Source: a virus (lineage: Duplodnaviria > Caudoviricetes). From it: DNA of 43,523 nucleotides. This document shows positions 36,765-43,523 of the stretch, one piece after another. Within the stretch, counting starts at the first letter, position 1, and each line of letters opens with the position of its first letter. The notes beneath the pieces are model-generated. The model was not told where the DNA came from. It worked only from the letters and a program-made list of their open reading frames with translations, and ran no database searches. The position numbers and the translations under genes are program-made. The DNA is taken from positions 1 to 43,523 of the IMG/VR virus record IMGVR_UViG_3300030332_000461; one strand, 5' to 3'.

Positions 36765-37906
36765 TGGCGCGTAATTATGTAAGGACAATACAGGACATGG
36801 AGCGATACTACTACGGTGGTACCGCATTGACCGGGTACACCTACAGCAGTGGAGACATACTCAAGGCGGACGCACCGCTTCTGAGCACCACCGCTGGTAC
36901 CTACCAGGCAATCTATGGCAGGAAGGTTTGGTCGCAGTTGAACCAAGAGTTCAACGCGTTCAGCATCCTACCAAAGAAGCCGTGGGAGCGAAGTGGATGG
37001 CGCATCATAACTGCCAAGCCTTCGTTCGATGTTGGTGGAGGTCTGGCTGAGAACGCCACACTACCCGACACCACGAAGCCTGACTTCCTGCATGTGGCTG
37101 CAAAGCCGAAGACCATTGGACACTCGTTCGACCTGAGCGAAGTGTCCATGTTCCTTTCTGATAAGGACGATGGTCTCGGAGATGTGCGCCAAGTGCTCAA
37201 GGAAGAGATGGGGAAGCATCACGCTGACCACATCAACAGGATGCTACTGGTAGATGTCGACACACCCTCTGGGAACGACCTCGAGTCACTGGACCGTCTA
37301 ACCACGGACCCGGACAAGATGATTGTTGCCACAGGACATGTGAGTGCTATGACGGACCACGACCTATATTCTATCACACGCGATGGGAGTTCAGACTTCC
37401 ACAGTGCTGAGGTGGATGTTGACGAGACACAGACTGCGGTGAACAGAAACCTAAGCCTGAATCAACTGGACGGATTGTTCCAGCAGATTTGGGTTCGTGG
37501 TGGTAACCCCAAGGTCATGCTGACTGGGTACGATACCCTAATGCGTGTGCAGCAACTGCTGCAGAGCCAACAGAGGTTCATGGAATCGAAGCGGGTCACC
37601 CCCACCTACAACGGTGTGAAGGGTGTTCCTGGTCTCGAGGCCGGATTCATTGTGGCTACCTACAACGGTGTGCCGCTGATTCCGTCCAAGGATGTGACGA
37701 CTGACGGTATTGGAAGGATTTACTACTTCGATACTGACTATCTGTGGTTCCAAACTGCTATCCCGACCCAATACTTCGAGTCGGGTATCGAAACCGGCGA
37801 CCCGTTCGCCATCAACAGACTAGGCCAGGAAGGCCTCTACCGCACCATGGGTGAGGTATGGGACTCCTTCTTTGGTGCAGGAGGTTCTATCCGTGACCTT
37901 AAGTGA
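36761..37906 (+). CDS. Major capsid protein (HK97 fold)
   Basis: 381 aa after protease/scaffold; capsid-type segments FSILPKKPW, GGLAENATLP, KPKTIGHSFDLS, YNGVPLIPSKDV; likely start ATG 36764 after the GGAGTGA SD. Confidence 0.88.
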   Translation: MMARNYVRTIQDMERYYYGGTALTGYTYSSGDILKADAPLLSTTAGTYQAIYGRKVWSQLNQEFNAFSILPKKPWERSGWRIITAKPSFDVGGGLAENATLPDTTKPDFLHVAAKPKTIGHSFDLSEVSMFLSDKDDGLGDVRQVLKEEMGKHHADHINRMLLVDVDTPSGNDLESLDRLTTDPDKMIVATGHVSAMTDHDLYSITRDGSSDFHSAEVDVDETQTAVNRNLSLNQLDGLFQQIWVRGGNPKVMLTGYDTLMRVQQLLQSQQRFMESKRVTPTYNGVKGVPGLEAGFIVATYNGVPLIPSKDVTTDGIGRIYYFDTDYLWFQTAIPTQYFESGIETGDPFAINRLGQEGLYRTMGEVWDSFFGAGGSIRDLK

Positions 37907-37939
37907 GGTTCATGGTAGAGATATAGGAGGCGATGAATA

Positions 37940-38347
37940 ATGGCAGCAAGTACACACAGAGGAATAACATACACGACAAGCGCGTCCGCCACAGTAACGG
38001 TGGACCTAGACCTTCCGCTTCAAGCGGGAGTGGACCAAGACGATACCACATGGATTTCGGCTTACCCCGGAGCACTGACGGACTTCGCAGCCCGTCAGAG
38101 TGATGGAACTAACAGGATGCAACCAAGGTTGGTGTGTCTCACACTTGGCGCACTAGCCAACGCAGAGACCCTAACTCTATCTGGTGGAGCAAATGTAATC
38201 TTGGCTCTCATGGGACATGGGCAGGACAGCACGGCTAATCTCGCTTTGACAGCGAGTGGTCTTGTAGTGACTGCAACCTGTGATGCCACGACTGATGGAA
38301 CTACGAACGATACTAGCAATTGTTCGGTTTGGTTGGTAGTGGCCTGA
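37940..38347 (+). CDS. Putative virion structural/decoration protein
   Basis: GGAGG SD; Thr/Ala-rich beta-type composition; directly after the MCP. Confidence 0.55.
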   Translation: MAASTHRGITYTTSASATVTVDLDLPLQAGVDQDDTTWISAYPGALTDFAARQSDGTNRMQPRLVCLTLGALANAETLTLSGGANVILALMGHGQDSTANLALTASGLVVTATCDATTDGTTNDTSNCSVWLVVA

Positions 38348-38362
38348 TTGAGGTGACCCTGA

Positions 38363-38698
38363 ATGCCAACACTACATTGGAAGGGCCCGACAAGGGCCAT
38401 CCGAACCAAGTTCGGATACTATGACAGACACACACCAGTGGCTGTCAGCCAAGAGTGGTTGGATGAGCGTCGATACTTCTTCGATGACCGATTTGAGATA
38501 ACAGATGACTACCCCGGCGTCCTCTTCGTCCAAGACGATGGTGACGGCTTACCAGATAATAACTGGTTGAAAGCCGACATCAAACTATGGTTGGAGGGCA
38601 ATGGGGTGGAAGTCTCTTCCATTCGCACGACTAAGAGGCGAATGCTCGAGATGGTCACCGAGGTTTTGACACTAGGGGTTACTAACGAGGAGGAATGA
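38363..38698 (+). CDS. Hypothetical protein with possible small C-terminal helical domain
   Basis: GAGGTGA SD; WLKADIKLWLEGNGV...TKRRMLEMV resembles SAP/HeH-like units. Confidence 0.65.
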   Translation: MPTLHWKGPTRAIRTKFGYYDRHTPVAVSQEWLDERRYFFDDRFEITDDYPGVLFVQDDGDGLPDNNWLKADIKLWLEGNGVEVSSIRTTKRRMLEMVTEVLTLGVTNEEE

Positions 38699-38701
38699 TA
38701 T

Positions 38702-38968
38702 ATGGCATTTAGTTTTACGATAGACCAGAGACCTAGCACAATGGGCAATCTGCTGATGATGTTCGGTACCTTTACCAACACCAGCAGCACTACAGGGGGC
38801 GACATTGATTTGTCCGCTTTCCTGAACGAGATTGTCTCTGCAGGCGCCAATGGTGGCGCAGCAGGCGCTACTGACACCGAGATTGATGCGACGGCTACGG
38901 CCACGCTAACGCTTGTAGTAGCAGGCGGCCTCGATGGTAAGTGGTGGGCAATGGGCCGCCGTGGCTGA
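38702..38968 (+). CDS. Small putative virion protein
   Basis: GAGGAGG SD; 88 aa, Gly/Thr/Ala-rich. Confidence 0.65.
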   Translation: MAFSFTIDQRPSTMGNLLMMFGTFTNTSSTTGGDIDLSAFLNEIVSAGANGGAAGATDTEIDATATATLTLVVAGGLDGKWWAMGRRG

Positions 38969-38983
38969 TGGGGGTAAGACCCC

Positions 38984-39139
38984 ATGGGCATAGCGGTATA
39001 CGAGTTTACACCCGACCAGGCTAGAGACCTAACGACTACCACTGGGTCGATAGTCGAGGTGCTGGATAGCATTGCTAATGTAAAGGGTATCACCAGTTAC
39101 ATGGCTGGTGGAAATGTCTATGTTGTGGTCGCCACCTGA
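38984..39139 (+). CDS. 51-aa hypothetical protein missing from the ORF track
   Basis: GGGGGT SD; MGIAVYEFTPDQARDLTTTTGSIVEVLDSIANVKGITSYMAGGNVYVVVAT; fills the intergenic gap. Confidence 0.6.
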   Translation: MGIAVYEFTPDQARDLTTTTGSIVEVLDSIANVKGITSYMAGGNVYVVVAT

Positions 39140-39144
39140 GGTGG

Positions 39145-39429
39145 TTGACCATGTCCATGACTCCCGAGGAACTCCGCCGCTTGTCCAAGCAAGGGTGGAA
39201 GTACGCAACCGGCGAGAGCGTTCGTACAGAGGCAGGGTCTGACGAGCGCCTCGCTGGCCAAATCAGTGGGCAGAATCTACGCTCACGGAACATACGAGAT
39301 GTCATAGACATCGGTAGTGGCACCCGCTGCAAGCACTGCGGGATGCTCCATTTCTGTTACTTGGAGCGTTGCGGTGCTTGCAGCAAACCAATGGAGTATA
39401 ACTTAGGGAGCGTGGATGTGCAGGTATGA
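39145..39429 (+). CDS. Small zinc-ribbon protein
   Basis: CKHC..CGAC; GAGGTGG SD, probable start ATG 39151. Confidence 0.75.
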   Translation: MTMSMTPEELRRLSKQGWKYATGESVRTEAGSDERLAGQISGQNLRSRNIRDVIDIGSGTRCKHCGMLHFCYLERCGACSKPMEYNLGSVDVQV

Positions 39430-40265
39430 GTCCGACTAATGTGGATACTGAAGTTAGGGCTCGTGACCGAAAAGTGATTGCGGCAAGAGAGGCCGAAAAG
39501 CGTCGTAGGGATGCAGCAGCAGCGGAAAAACCCCAAGACACATTGGACATCCGTTACTCTACAGACTCACTTTGGCGTTACTCCCCACTCGAAATGTCAT
39601 TCGCAGTGGTAAAGGGGCCCGCCATAACTGGGGGCAATAACCCTGATTTGTACGAGGCTACTCAGCCGGAAGAGGAGAAGAAACCTAGCCTAGGGCGTCG
39701 CGTATTGGATGCTGGTAAGAGCGTATGGGATGCTGGTAACAGTCTACAGGAAAGAGGCATTGATGCCCTTGCTCCCGTTAATGACCTCTCAGGACAGGTC
39801 GAGCCAGCGATGGATGCTGTGGCTTCTAGAGTTGGAAATGACCCAAGAGTGCAGGCATTGCAAAGGCGCGGTGCTGGGAAAATGGGAGCCATAGACGAAC
39901 ACCAATGGGTGGATGATGGTGATGGTGGTCATAGGAGGGCGAGGGTTGTAGGGAATATCGGTGACACTGGTGCTCTTCAGAGAGTCCTTGGATTTGGTCA
40001 ACATGGGAAGAAACTAGTTATGCCCACTAGCCCTATTGAACGCAAAAGGAATGAGCAGCGGGGAGGTACTCCACTCAGTGAAGAAAGGACGGGTATTGCA
40101 GGCGCGTTAAGCAGATTGCCTATTATTGGTAGCAATCGCAAGATTGACGAGGGAGGAAATGTCGAGCGTAGGAGGCTCTTGATGCCGAAAAAGCCAAGGT
40201 TTGTATCTGACCTCCAAGAGGAACAACTCGACGCTAATGCGACTGCAGATGCGAGAAGACGATGA
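39426..40265 (+). CDS. Hypothetical protein with a variant tag
   Basis: 279 aa; PLEMSFAVVK at 39585-39614; ATGA overlap. Confidence 0.7.
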   Translation: MSPTNVDTEVRARDRKVIAAREAEKRRRDAAAAEKPQDTLDIRYSTDSLWRYSPLEMSFAVVKGPAITGGNNPDLYEATQPEEEKKPSLGRRVLDAGKSVWDAGNSLQERGIDALAPVNDLSGQVEPAMDAVASRVGNDPRVQALQRRGAGKMGAIDEHQWVDDGDGGHRRARVVGNIGDTGALQRVLGFGQHGKKLVMPTSPIERKRNEQRGGTPLSEERTGIAGALSRLPIIGSNRKIDEGGNVERRRLLMPKKPRFVSDLQEEQLDANATADARRR

Positions 40266-40277
40266 GGATGATGTGAT

Positions 40278-41891
40278 ATGCCAATAGTATTCCAGACAGG
40301 TGAACGCGAGCCTAGACCTCTGTTCCCCACGGACCTAGTCTACTCTAGTGCTCAGAAGGTAGCAGACATCCTGCAGATTCCCCTACAAGACCCAGTATAT
40401 CTCGCAGCCGATTCCAATACCAGTGCTACTTCTGCCAAGATAGCCCCCGCTGACCATCGTATGGTCGGGTTCGAGGTAGGGGATAGTGTGGAAATAGCGA
40501 GCGATGTTGAGTTGGGAGAGACTGTAGTCCTAACTACTGTGGCTCGAGACGGCACTGATGTTGTGCTTTCATGGAGTGGTGGGGTCACAGGAGACTACGA
40601 CACGGCTGACAATGCTACCATCCAAAACCTACAGTCATTCACCAATGGTAAGAGGAGAGGGGTGACTCGAGCCGCTGTGGAGACTATGATTCTACGCATG
40701 CAGGACAAGATAGACAACCTCTGTAACAACTCATGGAGGCCGATGCTGCAAACAGCAGAGTATCTCAACTTCGATACATACAAGCCCTACAGGAGAAGGT
40801 ATTACACCGACTATGTAGGCACAGTTCCACTCATGTTCCGTAATGTCCAGCAGATACTTAGGCTGGAGATATGGCAGGGTCAAGAGTACAGGGAGGTAGG
40901 TTCTGCAGAAGCCCGTCTCAAGATACTCGATAACTCCTTACTCACAACCAGTGACTATGTGTTCCTCTGTCCTGGTAGTGGTGGAGTGGCCTCTTTGCAG
41001 GTCGGGAGCACATCGAGCACATGGAGCAACGCCTTCGATGTGACCACTACCGCGCAGGAACTCTCAGACCTCATCAACAAGGACTTGAGGAAGGGGAAGA
41101 ATGGGGTGGCTTTCTCACCCTCAATCACACTTCAAACTGCTAACACCCCTACTGGGACAGAGACAGCGAATGTCCACCACGAGTTTATGACCACTGCTAA
41201 TGCTGATTATGGAACAGGGCAACTCAAACTGACCAGCATGCATCGTGGTGAGGGTGGAGAGAACTCTACTGTGGCTATCACTAATCTCGATGGTATGAGC
41301 ATCACTGGTCTGACAGACACCACACTTACAGTGACTAATGTCTCGGGTAGTTCCGGTAGTGCCACCATTACTATGTCCAGCACATCTGCCTTCGTGCCCT
41401 ATGGTATTATCTGCACTGGTACAGGTACTGCTGTGAAGTGCGCCTACTACACAGGGAAGACTGATACTACTCTCACAGGAGTCACTGATTTGGCTAGCAG
41501 TGGTCTTGTTGCGGCACTGTCGAATGGAACTAATATCACACAGTACGCACTCAAGATAGACTACTTCGGCAGCACCACAGGAGATGAGGCTCGACTCCGT
41601 GACTGGTGGTGTGACTACGACCTAGGTATCATCTACTTCAACAACACATATCCCTACTTCCAGTGGAACTCTGTGAAGGCCACCTATGTTTACGGGGAGA
41701 GATATGTTGAAAAGGCGATAGAAGACATCTGTACCAAGATGGTAGCCATGGACCTGCTCTTGTCTGATGACCGTAGCGTGCTGATGCCGGAGGGGAGTCA
41801 GAACATAGACCTAGGTTCCAAGTATCAACTGTTCAAGGCTCAAGTCGCTGAGACACTACCCCGTTACATGGAGGTGATTAACATTGATTGA
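40278..41891 (+). CDS. Head-tail adaptor-like protein with large Thr/Ser-rich insertions
   Basis: Connector-like pieces YSSAQKVADIL, IDNLCNNSW and VKATYVYG..KAIEDICTKMVA, separated by beta-rich inserts; downstream of the MCP. Confidence 0.6.
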   Translation: MPIVFQTGEREPRPLFPTDLVYSSAQKVADILQIPLQDPVYLAADSNTSATSAKIAPADHRMVGFEVGDSVEIASDVELGETVVLTTVARDGTDVVLSWSGGVTGDYDTADNATIQNLQSFTNGKRRGVTRAAVETMILRMQDKIDNLCNNSWRPMLQTAEYLNFDTYKPYRRRYYTDYVGTVPLMFRNVQQILRLEIWQGQEYREVGSAEARLKILDNSLLTTSDYVFLCPGSGGVASLQVGSTSSTWSNAFDVTTTAQELSDLINKDLRKGKNGVAFSPSITLQTANTPTGTETANVHHEFMTTANADYGTGQLKLTSMHRGEGGENSTVAITNLDGMSITGLTDTTLTVTNVSGSSGSATITMSSTSAFVPYGIICTGTGTAVKCAYYTGKTDTTLTGVTDLASSGLVAALSNGTNITQYALKIDYFGSTTGDEARLRDWWCDYDLGIIYFNNTYPYFQWNSVKATYVYGERYVEKAIEDICTKMVAMDLLLSDDRSVLMPEGSQNIDLGSKYQLFKAQVAETLPRYMEVINID

Positions 41892-42177
41892 TGAAGAACT
41901 AATCGAAACTCTGTTCTTGCACAATCGAGAGATTAGGAAGGAGTCGGTACTGACAGAGGAAAAGCAGTACGCTATGAGGGAGGCTGCTGGTATGCTGGTT
42001 ACAGAAGGTAAGTTCTATACGGTGGAGTATGCACAAGGGAGGAACCAAGTGATGAGTGAACGGGGAGAGCAGTTGCCTGAGGAACATCCTGATTACATTT
42101 GGATTAAGGAGCAAGCACAGAATCAGATACTAGGTGAGGTTAACGAGATAGAGGTGAGACTGAATGGCCTTAGATAG
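41884..42177 (+). CDS. Hypothetical protein
   Basis: GGAGGTGA SD before TTG; 97 aa. Confidence 0.65.
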   Translation: MIDEELIETLFLHNREIRKESVLTEEKQYAMREAAGMLVTEGKFYTVEYAQGRNQVMSERGEQLPEEHPDYIWIKEQAQNQILGEVNEIEVRLNGLR

Positions 42178-42472
42178 TGCATGGTTCCTCTTGAAAAGCG
42201 GCCCTATGCCAGATTGGTCCAGTACCGATAGAGGGTATGACGAGGACCCCCAGTTCGATAACCCCATTGACAGTCCTGAGAATTATCCGGATGAGCAGCC
42301 CGAGGAAGAAGAAAGGACTCCCATTGACCCATCCACCTTGGACAACAACCAGATAATGCGTATGTCGGGGGCAGAACTGAGGAATCTCATCGCTCATGTG
42401 CAAGGTGAGATAGACCGAAGGGCAGATAAGCGAGCCGCTAAAGGGAAAGGCAAAGTGAGAGTGAGGCTCTGA
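42164..42472 (+). CDS. Small acidic protein with N-terminal tag
   Basis: GAGGTGA SD; MALDSAWFLLKSG. Confidence 0.75.
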   Translation: MALDSAWFLLKSGPMPDWSSTDRGYDEDPQFDNPIDSPENYPDEQPEEEERTPIDPSTLDNNQIMRMSGAELRNLIAHVQGEIDRRADKRAAKGKGKVRVRL

Positions 42473-42474
42473 GC

Positions 42475-42915
42475 ATGGCTACTGAATCTATCGAGTTACT
42501 GGTTGTTGGTTTCGACGCTGCTTGGAACCGTTCCAATACCAACCAGAGGAAGCCGGTGATAATGGATATCACCACCCTAGACCCTGGGAGGGGTAAGAGG
42601 TTCGACCTCAATCGCAGTGATGCTGTGTTCATGTATGAGACGGCTCATAACGAGGAGCAACCTGAGATATTCTACGACTTTGTGAACACCCGAATCAACA
42701 TCACTATCGACATCCGGACAGTAAGAGGTAGGGACCAATTGATGAAGATGGAAGATGAGATTAGGCGCATCATCCATTCCAAGCGTCGAGGGCAGGCTGG
42801 TGACTATGACCGACTACTCTATAAGACGAGGACGGACTTGTCAGATAGGACCAAGCATTTGCATAGAATGACCTTCCAGGTCGAAATAATCATATTCAGT
42901 GAACTAATCGCATAG
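42475..42915 (+). CDS. Putative tail terminator / tail completion protein
   Basis: 146 aa directly before the probable tube gene; RINITIDIRT..RDQLMKMEDEIRRII..RMTFQVEI has a terminator-like alpha/beta pattern. Confidence 0.5.
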   Translation: MATESIELLVVGFDAAWNRSNTNQRKPVIMDITTLDPGRGKRFDLNRSDAVFMYETAHNEEQPEIFYDFVNTRINITIDIRTVRGRDQLMKMEDEIRRIIHSKRRGQAGDYDRLLYKTRTDLSDRTKHLHRMTFQVEIIIFSELIA

Positions 42916-42926
42916 GGTGAGGGGAC

Positions 42927-43523
42927 ATGCCGCAGACAATCTACAAGGGCGATTTGGCCGAAGTAACTCTCGGTCACGAAACAGGAATTACAATAACATC
43001 TGGAGCATGGGGGGGCCTTACATGGGCTCATACAACAAGTGGTGATATTAGCATCATCACTTTCAAGACTACTGCTAATCACTCTGCTACTGGTATGGCT
43101 TCCATGTTCGATACCAGTCACCAATTGAAATATCCTAAGGGTCTCCTTGCTGGCTCCAAGTTGAGGATTAAAGGTGCAGGTGCTTTCAGTGCTGACGACC
43201 ATACCAAGGGTAATGTGTACACTATCGTCGCTAATGAGGGGGCTACTCTCACAGTAACACCTGCTTTGAAAACTGCTGCGGCTACAGATTCCACTCATGG
43301 TAGTGCTACGACTAGGGACGAACTCATAATTGAGAGTCTAGGAACTCCTACTATAGATGTAGGCATGGCTTACAACAGTAATGCACAGACTAGTGATGAG
43401 TCAGTTCTCACTGACCAGTTTATCGGTTTGGCTGCTGAGATAACGCTCCCAGAAACCAAGGTCGAAGTCTTCCGTTCCCACATCGTGGGTGTAGGGAGGC
43501 AAGTTGTAGTTCAGGAGCCTCAG
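42927..43523 (+). CDS. Probable major tail (tube) protein, truncated by the window end
   Basis: GGGTGAGG SD; MPQTIYKGDLAEVTLGHETG...; open for 199 codons to the window edge; not in the ORF track. Confidence 0.55.
   Translation, partial: MPQTIYKGDLAEVTLGHETGITITSGAWGGLTWAHTTSGDISIITFKTTANHSATGMASMFDTSHQLKYPKGLLAGSKLRIKGAGAFSADDHTKGNVYTIVANEGATLTVTPALKTAAATDSTHGSATTRDELIIESLGTPTIDVGMAYNSNAQTSDESVLTDQFIGLAAEITLPETKVEVFRSHIVGVGRQVVVQEPQ

Noticed and set aside
42508-42531. GFDAAWNR as another tag copy
   Set aside because: It lacks the x-x-LK ending and lies in a probable tail protein; likely coincidental
832-43298. Numerous minus-strand ORFs in the track (e.g. 23326-24159, 31423-32076, 33693-34313)
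   Set aside because: Antisense shadows of long + strand genes, with Ser/Leu/Phe-rich composition and no motifs; only 16079-16396 was kept
1-43523. Alternative genetic code, tRNA/rRNA genes, integrase or transposase
   Set aside because: Very long ORFs are open in the standard code and genes end in TGA, TAG or TAA; nothing resembling these elements was seen by eye (tRNAscan/Infernal not run)

Overview
All 43.5 kb look like the late/morphogenesis region of a large head-tailed (HK97-lineage, Caudoviricetes) virus. Genes are densely packed, almost all on the + strand, and often translationally coupled. The recognisable core, in order, is a putative small terminase, large terminase, a free-standing LAGLIDADG-domain gene, portal, a 2327-aa protein ending in a degenerate ATP-dependent DNA-ligase-like domain, prohead protease/scaffold, major capsid protein, a head-tail adaptor-like gene, a putative tail terminator and a truncated probable tail tube. 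GGTGA-type Shine-Dalgarno sites and this gene set suggest an archaeal (euryarchaeal) host, resembling haloviruses or Marine Group II 'magroviruses'; this is inference and no database search was run. Most interesting: (1) a 10-aa peptide tag, [PAN]-[LMVIF]-[DEQN]-x-[AS]-W-x-x-L-K, occurs 11 times, mostly at the termini of 8 otherwise unrelated proteins, and is a candidate capsid-cargo addressing/processing signal; (2) a cluster of membrane proteins surrounds an Arf/Rab-like small GTPase; (3) a pseudo-ligase domain and a 2743-aa multi-zinc-finger protein are candidate virion cargo; (4) a second motif (M-x-W-[DE]-[DE]-[IV]-H-x-[ML]-A) is shared by the scaffold C-terminus and a small head-region protein. 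I saw no rRNA, tRNA, CRISPR array, integrase or replication genes.
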